The notes below the pieces were generated by a model that was given only the letters and a program-made list of their open reading frames with translations, made no database searches and was not told the origin of the DNA. A stretch of DNA of 64,000 nt. It comes from an uncultured archaeon (GTDB lineage Archaea; Asgardarchaeota; Lokiarchaeia; Sigyniarchaeales; SOKP01). The stretch lies in NCBI GenBank assembly GCA_964493715.1, contig CAZBPC010000004.1, forward strand, positions 32,001 through 96,000, given 5' to 3'. Below, in pieces: positions 28,139 through 38,152 of the stretch. Position 1 is the first letter of the stretch; each line of letters opens with the position of its first letter. The translations under genes were made by a program, and so were the position numbers.

Positions 28139-29605
28139 ATGATTGAAAATGATGCTATCGCTGAATTTGCATTAGAATATGCTCAATCTAATGGCAAAAA
28201 ATGCGAATATGTGGAAGTTAGGTCTGAAATAAATAGCACGGATACGGTTGCATTTATAAATGGAAAGCTACACATCGGAAACTTACCAATAGAGCTCACA
28301 AGTGATGCATTTTCAAGAAAAAGTGGAATAAATATCCGGATCATTGCTGATGGAGGAATGGGTATGGCATCAACAAATCAATTGACAAAGGAAGTAATAA
28401 TGGAAAGCACTGATCGCGCATATCGGAACGCAAAGAGAAGTGGTAAGCATAGAAAAGAGCCAATTGGAATGAGCGATGAGGAAGTTTATGAAGAGGTATG
28501 GCAAAGCGAGTATAAGGTGAATCCAATGGATGTGACATTAGAAGAAAAAATACAATTTCTACAAGGATTTGTTGATATTTTTAAAGAGAAATATCCAATA
28601 GAATATATTCATATTTTTGTTTTACTCTCAGAACAAAGAGATACCTATTTCATAAATAGTGAAGGATCAAGAATTAGGAGTCATGTTCCTCGAGTGGCAT
28701 TCATACCAGTAATCATAGGGATTAAGGGTGGAGGACAAAATGAGCAATCAATGACAAACTATGCAACATCTTCAGGATGGGATGATTTAATTTCATGGAA
28801 TTTAGAAGAAAAAGTTAGACATACAGTAAATAAATTATCTGATATAGTTCTAAAAGCAAAAAAACCACCAGAGGGAGAAATTGACATTATACTAGGCCCT
28901 GACGTAGCCGGAATAATAGCTCATGAAAACTGTGGACATCCTTCAGAGGCAGATCGTATTCTTGGAAGAGAAGGTGCTCAAGCTGGTGAATCATATTTGC
29001 GAGAATATGAAATTGGATACAAGATTGGGAATGATTGTGTGAATGTATTTGATGATCCCACAATTAAAGGATCCTATGGATTTTATTTATTTGACGATGA
29101 AGGAGTCAAAGCAAGAAGAAGAGAATTGATAAAAGGAGGGATTTTTACTGAAATGCTGCAAAATAGAGAATCTGCAGCAGTTTTTCATTCCCAAAGTAAT
29201 GCAGCTGCAAGAGCAACAGCTTATGATCGAGAACCATTGATTAGAATGGCAAATACGTATTTTGCTCCGGGAGATTATTCTTTTGAAGAGATGGTAGAAG
29301 ACGTTAAATTGGGAATACTCATGAATTCCTTTACTGAATGGAATATAGATGATAAGAGACTACAATCAAAATATGTTGGTCAAGAAGCTTATTTAATAAA
29401 AAATGGTGAAGTTACAGACTCATTAGTATTGAAGCCTGCACTTGAAATTTCTTCTCCTGGATTATTTAGAAGTATTGATGCTCAAGGGAGGTTAGAAAAC
29501 TTAGAATGGCAAGGAGCTTTTTGTGGAAAATCAGAACCAGGTCAAGGATGTCCAGTATGGACAGGTGGATCACATGTACGCTTGAGAAATGTGAGGTTAG
29601 GATAG
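28139..29605 (+). CDS. tldD: TldD family metalloprotease
   Basis: HENCGHPSEADR (HExxxH), FDDEGV, IRMANTY, CGK..PGQ..PV. Confidence 0.88.
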   Translation: MIENDAIAEFALEYAQSNGKKCEYVEVRSEINSTDTVAFINGKLHIGNLPIELTSDAFSRKSGINIRIIADGGMGMASTNQLTKEVIMESTDRAYRNAKRSGKHRKEPIGMSDEEVYEEVWQSEYKVNPMDVTLEEKIQFLQGFVDIFKEKYPIEYIHIFVLLSEQRDTYFINSEGSRIRSHVPRVAFIPVIIGIKGGGQNEQSMTNYATSSGWDDLISWNLEEKVRHTVNKLSDIVLKAKKPPEGEIDIILGPDVAGIIAHENCGHPSEADRILGREGAQAGESYLREYEIGYKIGNDCVNVFDDPTIKGSYGFYLFDDEGVKARRRELIKGGIFTEMLQNRESAAVFHSQSNAAARATAYDREPLIRMANTYFAPGDYSFEEMVEDVKLGILMNSFTEWNIDDKRLQSKYVGQEAYLIKNGEVTDSLVLKPALEISSPGLFRSIDAQGRLENLEWQGAFCGKSEPGQGCPVWTGGSHVRLRNVRLG

Positions 29606-29616
29606 GGTGAAGTAAG

Positions 29617-30978
29617 ATGAATGAAATGGAAGAAAAATCGTATCAAATTATGGATTTAATTAAAAAAAAAGTAGAGAAGTTTTGTACTGATTGGTCAATT
29701 AAAGCTATTCTTAATAATGAAAACCAAATTCGATTTTCTGAAAATCAAATTGATATTAATAAAAATTGGAATGAAATAAAGTTCATTTTGTTTCTATCTC
29801 ATAGGAGAAGGACGTTGGATATTGCAATTAATGATTTACGTCCTGAACCAATAGAAAAAGCATTACAAAATTGTGAAAAGCTCCTTAAAATAGCAAAATT
29901 AAACATCAATTATAAAAAAATGCCAGAAGGTCCGTTTAATTACAAGTCTTTAAACATATATGATGCTAATGTTGTTAATTTGGATGAAAACGCAGTTGAT
30001 TTGATTGTTGATGCTACTGAAGCTGCTTTAAATGAGGGAGCAAGCCGAGTAGCAGGATCTTTTTTTCACGGCTATACTCAAGTTATTCAAAGTAATAGTT
30101 TGGGATTAAAAGGTTCATACAAAAAAACAGCTCTAAATTTTAGAATTCGAGCGTTTGCTGAAGATATGTATGCAACAGGAGAAGCAATATCCTGTTCTAC
30201 GCATCTTGATCACGGATTTAGTGCTATTAATGCTGGAAAAGAAGCAGGAATGATATGCAAACAAGCAGTGGGTGGTAAAAAAGGAAAACCAGGCATATAT
30301 AACATTATAATTTATCCTAAAGTATCAACGGAGTTGCAAGCTCCAACTCCATCGATTGCTTTGAATAAATATACTCAAAAAATGGGACTTGCATGGTTAG
30401 TCGGGAAAAACGAAGGTGACAAAATTGCTAATGATATTATTTCGGTATGGGACGACGGGACCATTGATTACGGGCTAGCAAGTTCTCCTTATGATGATGA
30501 ATTAGTACCTACAAAAAAGAGTTTATTGATAGACAATGGAAAAATTCACCAATTTTTCACAAACACATCACTTTCCAAAAAAGACCAAGAATCTACAGGA
30601 AATGCGGGAATTACCGTTCCTATACCTACTAATACCGTCTTTTCTACTGGTGATTACACTCTTAAGGAATTAATAGAAATATCAGACAAACCTACCTTAC
30701 TCATAACATCAACTTGGTATACAAGATATCAGTCCTACGCCCCACCAGGTGCTTTATCATCGCTTCCAAAAGATGGAATGTTCATGATTAAAAATAATGG
30801 AAATGAGCTTGATCCCGTCAGAGAATTAAGAATCAATTCCAATCATTTCCACATGCTTGAGCATACAGTAGCTCTTGGAAAAGATTTAAAGCAAGTTTCA
30901 ACTTGGCTTGGAACAAATCCTGTTTTTGCTCCATATATGCTAATTGAAGATATAAAGATGACAACTGGTACAAAATAA
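29617..30978 (+). CDS. tldE: TldE/PmbA family partner subunit
   Basis: Tandem with tldD; YDDE.VP and STGNAG present, HExxxH absent. Confidence 0.82.
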   Translation: MNEMEEKSYQIMDLIKKKVEKFCTDWSIKAILNNENQIRFSENQIDINKNWNEIKFILFLSHRRRTLDIAINDLRPEPIEKALQNCEKLLKIAKLNINYKKMPEGPFNYKSLNIYDANVVNLDENAVDLIVDATEAALNEGASRVAGSFFHGYTQVIQSNSLGLKGSYKKTALNFRIRAFAEDMYATGEAISCSTHLDHGFSAINAGKEAGMICKQAVGGKKGKPGIYNIIIYPKVSTELQAPTPSIALNKYTQKMGLAWLVGKNEGDKIANDIISVWDDGTIDYGLASSPYDDELVPTKKSLLIDNGKIHQFFTNTSLSKKDQESTGNAGITVPIPTNTVFSTGDYTLKELIEISDKPTLLITSTWYTRYQSYAPPGALSSLPKDGMFMIKNNGNELDPVRELRINSNHFHMLEHTVALGKDLKQVSTWLGTNPVFAPYMLIEDIKMTTGTK

Positions 30979-31081
30979 ACACAACTCTCATTTTTTTTCT
31001 CTTCATTTTGTAGATATTATTCTAAGAATAGTTTGAATTAAAATAAATACTATTTTAATAATAAATAGAGAAAACTAAAAT

Positions 31082-34054
31082 TTGGTATTAATTATGCCGA
31101 ATCCTAAAAAATCCAGCAAAACTTCTAAAGTGAATGATAACCAAAAATCCTTATTTTCCTTTATAGATGATGGTAAACCAAAAGCTAAAAAAACAAAAGA
31201 AATTGTATCAGATAAACCTCAAGAAATAAAGGAAAAGGAAGAGAAGAAACCAGCTCAAGAGGGAACTTCTGAGATAAAGAGAGAACCAAAAAAGAAATCA
31301 GTGTCACTTAAAAAAGTAAAAAAAAACTATTTTGAGAATAGAGTTCAAGATTTTGGTTTGAAAGAAATTGATGTTGTTCTTGATTCCCTAAAAGAATCAG
31401 CTAGTTCAAAATATATTCGATACTTAATTGAAACTGATCAAATAGTTAAAAATTTGAAAAAGGGGCTTTTATTGGATGTCGATTATGATGGGGGTCAAAA
31501 TAAAGCAGTATGTAAGTTTTATGATTTAGATACAGATGAAATTAGGTTATGGATTGATACTACCGGTCATGAGCCATACTGTTTGAGTAAGGAACCGATA
31601 AAAACTTTGGAATCGGTCGCTGATTTAACGAGTTATAGTGGATTTAAGAGGTTTGAAGAAATAAAAAAAATAGATTTATTAAGCGATAAAGAAATAGCAA
31701 TGACTAAAATATATGGTGCTACTCCTTCTGATATTGGTGGATCGGGAACGAATATTAAAAATATACTTTCAAATGAAGATTATAAAGCTTGGGAAGCAGA
31801 TATTCGTTATCATCTTAATTATATTTTTGATACACAATTAATTCCTGGCTTAATTTATTCGATTGATAATGGAAAATTAAATAGAATTAGTTTTGAGGAC
31901 GATAGTGAGAATCTAAAAAAGTTAGCAGGTCAACTTCGGGATATTTTTATTAAAGAACCTAAAGAACTTCAAGAGTTTGCTGAAAAATTTTTAGATATAT
32001 TTTTAACTCCGATACCTGATGTAAAGCGTTTAGCAATAGATATTGAAGTTTCCATTAGTGAACATGATTTTGGAATACCTAATCCCCGTGAAGCCAAACA
32101 AGAAGTAATAAGTGTTTCATTTGTAAGTACTGACGGACTGAAATTAGTTTATGTTCTGGAGAGAGAGGGCTTTATTTTTGATAAACTACACAAAGATTTT
32201 CCTGAAGATGCACAAATATACTTTTTTAAAAAAGAGAAGGATTTGATCATTGAGACATTTCGATTATTTTGGGAATATCCCGTTATTATTACTTTTAATG
32301 GTGATAATTTTGATTTAAGTTACTTATTCCATAGAGCGAATAAGTTAAAAATTAGCCGAGATATAAACCCCATCCAAATGAAGAGAGGATTTGGAATAAT
32401 GGCTAGTTCAGAATGCGATTTAAGGAGGGGAATTCATCTAGATTTATTTGGGTTCTTTTTCAATAGAAGTATTTCAGGTTATGCTTTTGGAGGAGCCTAT
32501 GCCTCAAATTCTTTAAATGCTATAAGCGCAGCACTATTAGGTCAGGAAAAATATCAACACGAGGAAGAAATTCATGAAATGGAATATGATATTTTAACGT
32601 GGTATAATCTTAAAGATTCAATATTGACGTTAGATCTCACCAGATTTAACAATTCATTAGTCTGGAATTTGATAATCTTGTTATGCCGAATTACAAAGAT
32701 GCCGATCCATGAAACAGTCAGAAGACAGATTTCTACTTGGATTCAAAATATTTTTTATTTTGAACACAGAAGAAAAGGATATTTGATTCCTAGACGATCA
32801 GAAATTTCTGAAATGAAGGAAGGAGGCTATTCCAAATCAGTTATTGAAGGCAAGTCATTTCAAGGTGCCTATGTGGTCCCTCCTGTTCCGGGAATACATT
32901 ATGATGTTGTTGTAATGGACTTTGCTAGCCTATACCCCTCCATCATCAAAGAATACAATTTATCTTACGAAACAGTGTCTTGTACTCATAAAGATTGCGA
33001 AGATAATTTTGTAAAAGGAATTCCATATCACATATGTACTCATAAATTGGGAATCTTTGCTTATGTTGTTGGTTTTTTCCGCGATATTCGAGTTAAATTC
33101 TTCAAACCCATGTCTGGTGATAAATTACTTTCTCAAAAACAACGAGATTACTATAAAACCATAGAACAAGCATTAAAAGTATTTATAAATGGCTCTTACG
33201 GTGTTTTTGGTTCTCAAAATTTCCCCTTATTTTGTTTACCCGTGGCAGAAAGTACAACTGGTATTGGTCAATATTCAATCAAGCAAACAATAAAAAAAGC
33301 GCAAGAATTAGGGGTAAAAGTACTCTATGGGGATACTGATTCGGTATTTTTATTAAACCCGTCTAAAGTTCAGATGAAATCAATCACAGATTGGAGTAAA
33401 AAAGAACTTGATTTAGATTTAGAGGAAGAAAAAACTTATCAGTTCTTAGCACTTTCAGAGAGAAAGAAAAACTATATTGGAATATACAAGAATACGCAGG
33501 GTGTTGATATTAAAGGACTCTTGGCGAAGAAAAAGAATACTCCCGATTTTATCAAAAAAGCATTTAATGAAATGATTGAAATACTTAAAGGGATAAATGA
33601 TGATGAGAGTTTTTCAAAAGCACGTGATAAAATCATAAAAATCGTGAGAACTAATCTGAAAAAAATAGGAAAGCCGGATACTTTCACATTAGAGGATTAT
33701 ACGATAAATATTGCATTAAAAAAATCTCTCAATAAATATGATAAAACAATTCCACAACACGTTCGAGCTGCGAAAGAGTTGATCGAATATAAGATAAGAG
33801 AGGCAAAATCAAATAACCTTGACGATAAAGCGATTGAAGGAATTAAAAAAACATATCGTAAAGGAGATACTGTAAAATTTATAAAAACTAAAGGTTCAAG
33901 TGGGGCAAAGGCAATAGAAATTGCAAAACTTCAAGATATTGACATTAAAAAATATAAAGATCTATTACAATCTGCTTTAGAACAAGTATTAGACGCTTTA
34001 GGAATCACTTTTGAGGAAGTTAAAGGAATTAAAAGAATGGATGCTTTTTTCTAA
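31082..34054 (+). CDS. polB1: Family B replicative DNA polymerase, PolB1 type
   Basis: LLDVDYDG..KA..KFYD..W.DTTGHEPY N-terminal domain; exonuclease motifs DIEV and FNGDNFD; DFASLYPS, KVFINGSYG, YGDTDS. Confidence 0.9.
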   Translation: MVLIMPNPKKSSKTSKVNDNQKSLFSFIDDGKPKAKKTKEIVSDKPQEIKEKEEKKPAQEGTSEIKREPKKKSVSLKKVKKNYFENRVQDFGLKEIDVVLDSLKESASSKYIRYLIETDQIVKNLKKGLLLDVDYDGGQNKAVCKFYDLDTDEIRLWIDTTGHEPYCLSKEPIKTLESVADLTSYSGFKRFEEIKKIDLLSDKEIAMTKIYGATPSDIGGSGTNIKNILSNEDYKAWEADIRYHLNYIFDTQLIPGLIYSIDNGKLNRISFEDDSENLKKLAGQLRDIFIKEPKELQEFAEKFLDIFLTPIPDVKRLAIDIEVSISEHDFGIPNPREAKQEVISVSFVSTDGLKLVYVLEREGFIFDKLHKDFPEDAQIYFFKKEKDLIIETFRLFWEYPVIITFNGDNFDLSYLFHRANKLKISRDINPIQMKRGFGIMASSECDLRRGIHLDLFGFFFNRSISGYAFGGAYASNSLNAISAALLGQEKYQHEEEIHEMEYDILTWYNLKDSILTLDLTRFNNSLVWNLIILLCRITKMPIHETVRRQISTWIQNIFYFEHRRKGYLIPRRSEISEMKEGGYSKSVIEGKSFQGAYVVPPVPGIHYDVVVMDFASLYPSIIKEYNLSYETVSCTHKDCEDNFVKGIPYHICTHKLGIFAYVVGFFRDIRVKFFKPMSGDKLLSQKQRDYYKTIEQALKVFINGSYGVFGSQNFPLFCLPVAESTTGIGQYSIKQTIKKAQELGVKVLYGDTDSVFLLNPSKVQMKSITDWSKKELDLDLEEEKTYQFLALSERKKNYIGIYKNTQGVDIKGLLAKKKNTPDFIKKAFNEMIEILKGINDDESFSKARDKIIKIVRTNLKKIGKPDTFTLEDYTINIALKKSLNKYDKTIPQHVRAAKELIEYKIREAKSNNLDDKAIEGIKKTYRKGDTVKFIKTKGSSGAKAIEIAKLQDIDIKKYKDLLQSALEQVLDALGITFEEVKGIKRMDAFF

Positions 34055-34064
34055 TACCATTTTT

Positions 34065-35156
34065 CTAAATGAGATAATACAATAAACCCATAAGAAGACC
34101 ACAAAATATGGGATTAAGGATATTATCATTTATCTTTAAATTTAATAGATCTACAATTAGAAATACCAACGCACCACTAAAAGATAATATTATAATCTTC
34201 AAGAAGGGCATACTTGGTTCGAAACTAAAATAGACAAATAAAGCAGTAATCAAAGAACCTAAGAACCCTGCTAGATATCCAATTATGGTTTTTTTACTCT
34301 TTTTAGGAAAATGACGTTTACCAAATCTTATTCCAATCAGAGACGCTGCTCCATCTCCTATTGAAGCAATTAGTGCTGCTGCCGCAAAAACACTTATTGG
34401 AAAGAAGAAAATTGGAACAAAAGCAAGAGTTAAGGCGGCGGTAGCAGAAAGCTCGTAAATCTCATCCCTTTTTAAAGTTTTCAAAAAAATGCCTGTAAGG
34501 TTTTTGGGCATTAAATGATACACACTGTGTTTTTCAAACATGAACGAAAGTCGAATATAATCTAAAACTCCAAATACCATGACAGCAGTGAATCCGATAG
34601 TCATTATTAACCAGACTCCATATTCTTCTTTTGTAATCCCCCAAATCACATCTTGCTTGAATACGTCTGCCCAAAAATATATTGCAAATTCCCATAGTAT
34701 GATTATAACTCCTGGAGGTATCAAATGGAATAGTTTTCTATTAATATCCGTGCTAATGGAATGCGATTTCTCATTTAAATCCAGTTTTTTTTTCTCATTT
34801 CTTTCGTTAAATTTTTTGAGGAAATTTTCAATTGTACGCTGTTCTTTAACTTCTGGATGCCTCCACACTCTAAATATATATTGCACCACAAAAATGAATA
34901 ATACCACCGCATAAGAGTAAATGCATATAATTTCAGCCCCTAAAGCATGATAAAAACGTCTATATTGATCATCTATTGGGAAAAAAAAGGGATATAATAT
35001 TCCTGCGACGAACCATAGTATTGAAATGACAATTGAGTTCAAAAAATTAGACTCGTTAGGATATTTGTGCTTTATCTTAACAGCAAAATAGAAATGTATG
35101 AATCCATTTGCGAATGTAAGTAAAACCACTGATAAAATGTAAATGTCTAATACCAT
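34065..35156 (-). CDS. Dolichol/phytol kinase-like (CTP-dependent isoprenol or DAG kinase family) membrane protein
   Basis: RKLFH, GDGAASLIGIRFG, KKTIIG, DNI motifs; multiple TM helices. Confidence 0.75.
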   Translation of the reverse strand: MVLDIYILSVVLLTFANGFIHFYFAVKIKHKYPNESNFLNSIVISILWFVAGILYPFFFPIDDQYRRFYHALGAEIICIYSYAVVLFIFVVQYIFRVWRHPEVKEQRTIENFLKKFNERNEKKKLDLNEKSHSISTDINRKLFHLIPPGVIIILWEFAIYFWADVFKQDVIWGITKEEYGVWLIMTIGFTAVMVFGVLDYIRLSFMFEKHSVYHLMPKNLTGIFLKTLKRDEIYELSATAALTLAFVPIFFFPISVFAAAALIASIGDGAASLIGIRFGKRHFPKKSKKTIIGYLAGFLGSLITALFVYFSFEPSMPFLKIIILSFSGALVFLIVDLLNLKINDNILNPIFCGLLMGLLYYLI

Positions 35157-35229
35157 ATTATTTACAACAATTTACTATTAAAAAAATAATTATTGAAAAC
35201 TGGGATATAATTATCTAGCATTTTTCAAC

Positions 35230-35718
35230 TTAAATTGGTAGAATCTCAATTACATCATTTGCCATAATTACAGAACGATAATCTTCTGAGCGTTTTCCAT
35301 TCACAAGAGTTTTATAATTTGGCAATTGGTTTGAAAGATTTAGCTTTCTAATAATAGAATTTAAGATGCTTCCTTTGGGAATTTTAATGTGAAATTCAGG
35401 TTCTCCATTTATTTTAAAAATTTTGACCGTAATATGAATTGAATTGAGATCAGGAATTTCAGCAAACATGAGTGCCATATTAGTAGGGAATATTCCGATT
35501 CTGTCTCCTACTTTAATTTGCGTACCTGGACCTGTATACACACCATTCACAAAAATATGGCTTATCTCCTTTTCTTCTATCTTTAATCTCTGAAGAATAT
35601 CGACTATTGATGTTGAATCTCTAATTTCAATATCTAAAGTCACGGGAAGCCCTTTCTCTCCAACGTTCTCTTTTTCCTGTTCTCTTAATTTACCATATAA
35701 TTTTACCAAAATCGACAT
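35230..35718 (-). CDS. Tandem MoaD/ThiS (beta-grasp, ubiquitin-like) domain protein
   Basis: Two repeats: SIVDIL...IFVNG...GDRIGIFP and ILNSII...LVNG...NDVIEILP; no C-terminal GG. Confidence 0.7.
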   Translation of the reverse strand: MSILVKLYGKLREQEKENVGEKGLPVTLDIEIRDSTSIVDILQRLKIEEKEISHIFVNGVYTGPGTQIKVGDRIGIFPTNMALMFAEIPDLNSIHITVKIFKINGEPEFHIKIPKGSILNSIIRKLNLSNQLPNYKTLVNGKRSEDYRSVIMANDVIEILPI

Positions 35719-35844
35719 GTAAGAAACACTAATGAAGCTACTTGCTTAAAAGATTAAAAGGCAGATAAAAATATATCGCTTATATAATAAAATAATAAGA
35801 TACAGAAAAAATAAATAAAAAATACAAAGATTAAAAAAAGCAGT

Positions 35845-36132
35845 TTAGAGTCCAAATAATAGTAATTCATCAATAGCTTTATGGACTTGTTTAAGGTTTT
35901 CTGGTCCTAAAGCCTTGTCAATTCCAATTTTTAAATCCAAAATCGAGGAAAAAGCCTTGAAAAACGTATTCTGAATCGTGCTGTTAAAACTACTCTTTTT
36001 TTCGTTCTGTTCCTTGAAATAATCAACTCGCTTAAGCATTGCATCTTCAAGTTCTTTTGCTGTTGTTGTTTTTAGCTCCGCGAGCTTTCTGACTTTAAAA
36101 CCGTCCTTGGTCTCCGTAACTTCATCAGTCAT
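35845..36132 (-). CDS. Hypothetical helical protein translationally coupled to tes
   Basis: ATG at 36132 overlaps the end of tes (ATGACTGA); begins MTDEVTETKDG. Confidence 0.65.
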   Translation of the reverse strand: MTDEVTETKDGFKVRKLAELKTTTAKELEDAMLKRVDYFKEQNEKKSSFNSTIQNTFFKAFSSILDLKIGIDKALGPENLKQVHKAIDELLLFGL

Positions 36133-37867
36133 GAGAATCTTCCTCCTCTTTTTTCGTTCCACCATTCGGCATGACTTCTATTTCAATATCCTCACGTGCT
36201 TGACCCACCGATGTATCAAATTCATCTCTTACTTTTTGAGTTATCGCTTTAGCAACTTGCTTCTCGATTTCTGGTCGATGTAAAGTGTTCATAGTACAGA
36301 AAGGAAGCTCTTTAACAGTTCCATTAGGCATTGCTACACCAAAATGGACAATACAACGCTTAGTTCTTTCAACATCCATGTTATAAGCATCTTGGAAGTG
36401 CATACTAGAGATTAAAAGCGTCCCATAGCTAAATGAGCTCACGCTTTCCCAATCTCCGTTCATCAATAATCTACTGAACATATCCATCAATTTCCCAGGT
36501 TTTTTCATGTATTGGAGTACACCTAAAAGAAATCGTGCTCGAAGTTGGGTTTTATCAAGAAAATTTAAGCCATCATCGAGTGTCTTACCAAAATCTCCCA
36601 AAAAATTCTCGAAAAATTGAATTGGTTTTTTTTCTTTATGTTTTACCTTTTCCCAAAATCTATTTGCGAAATCAATTACTTCCAATGGATCAAAATATTC
36701 CATTAGAGGGACCATTTCGCCAGAGTCTGGATCCACTGCAAGGTAAGTGGCAAACCCACAATCAGGGTGGCAAGTAAACTCTGCTGGTTCAACATCTGCT
36801 AAATAAGCAATTAATCGTCCGAATTCCACTATAGTAGTTAATGGATACCATGCATTTTCCATGTTAAGCTTTCCCCCGGTTTGTTTTTCGATTTCTTTTA
36901 TGACATCTGCATTCGTAATTCTTAATTCATGCATTTCTTCCGCTGAAATTCTCCCACACAGCGAAACGGGCTGAAAGGTAATTCCTCTTACAACATCTAT
37001 ATTATCAATGGCAAATTGGATGATATTTCCGATTTCAATATCAGTAACTCCAGTCGCAATGGTTGCTACAAGAACAATCGAATCAAAACCAGCTTTCCGA
37101 CAATTTTCGATGACCCTCATTTTATATTTCATGAGGCCTTTAATACCACGTGTTTTTTCGTAGGTTGCATCATTAATTCCATCGAACTGAAAGTAGAGCG
37201 TGTCTAAGCCCATCTCTCTGCATTTTTTTGTCCATTCTGCGCCTCCATTTTTCCGTTGGAAACCATATCCGTTGGTGGCAACAATAACTTCTTGAAATCC
37301 ATTATCTTTTGCCATTTTACAAATCTCTGGAAAATCTTTCCGAACTGTAGGCTCACCGCCAGTAAACATTATTGCTGGTGGAGGGATCGGTTTACTTCGG
37401 AAATGTTTCATTACTTTATCAATATCTTCTAAAGATGGTTCGATCCAATACCCAGATTGTTCTACATTAGCATAACAAAAATTGCATGAAAAATTACATC
37501 TATTCGTCAAATCAATTAAAGCAAGCGAACATGTAGATAAATGCTCATTGCATAATCCACAGTTATAAGGACATCCACGATCGTCAGCGATACAATCAGG
37601 AGGATTAGCTTCTCCATTTTTTTCGAATTGCCACACGACATTTCCATTTATATCCTTTTTTTGATAATGTGTCCATTTATAATACTTTGCGCTTGAACTG
37701 ATGACATCTTCAAAGTCACCATGCTCTTTACAAGTTTTTCTCATAAAGATTTTCCCATCATCTTCTTCTACTACGGCCGGGATTTTTTTCAAGCATTCTG
37801 GGCAAACACTAAAAGTCTTACGATAATAAGGTTCGTCTAATATATCTGTTCCGTCTAAATGATACAT
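36125..37867 (-). CDS. tes: Radical SAM tetraether lipid synthase (Tes / GDGT-MAS, MJ0619 family)
   Basis: N-terminal SVCPEC...KTCKEHG, GCPYNCGLC..H, radical SAM motif CNFSCNFC, HPDCG, HFQDAYNMDVER.KRC..H, PFCTMN. Confidence 0.82.
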   Translation of the reverse strand: MYHLDGTDILDEPYYRKTFSVCPECLKKIPAVVEEDDGKIFMRKTCKEHGDFEDVISSSAKYYKWTHYQKKDINGNVVWQFEKNGEANPPDCIADDRGCPYNCGLCNEHLSTCSLALIDLTNRCNFSCNFCYANVEQSGYWIEPSLEDIDKVMKHFRSKPIPPPAIMFTGGEPTVRKDFPEICKMAKDNGFQEVIVATNGYGFQRKNGGAEWTKKCREMGLDTLYFQFDGINDATYEKTRGIKGLMKYKMRVIENCRKAGFDSIVLVATIATGVTDIEIGNIIQFAIDNIDVVRGITFQPVSLCGRISAEEMHELRITNADVIKEIEKQTGGKLNMENAWYPLTTIVEFGRLIAYLADVEPAEFTCHPDCGFATYLAVDPDSGEMVPLMEYFDPLEVIDFANRFWEKVKHKEKKPIQFFENFLGDFGKTLDDGLNFLDKTQLRARFLLGVLQYMKKPGKLMDMFSRLLMNGDWESVSSFSYGTLLISSMHFQDAYNMDVERTKRCIVHFGVAMPNGTVKELPFCTMNTLHRPEIEKQVAKAITQKVRDEFDTSVGQAREDIEIEVMPNGGTKKEEEDSHD

Positions 37868-38152
37868 AAAATTTTAACACCATATTGTTAAATAATTATT
37901 TAAATGGTTTATTATTCATTTAAAAGACTTGTTGTTTATAAATAAATTCAGATCAATAATATTCTTAACAATACGAATATTATTTGTAGGAATTGTCTTA
38001 ATTTTCCTTAAAAACCCTTCTAGACTTAATGTATGTGAATATTTATAAATAACTTTTTTGTGAGAATTTCTACCTTTGATTTTTTTTAAATTTATAAATT
38101 CAATTGTAATATTAAAACTTCATTATGATTTATAATCAATACTTTTTATTAC

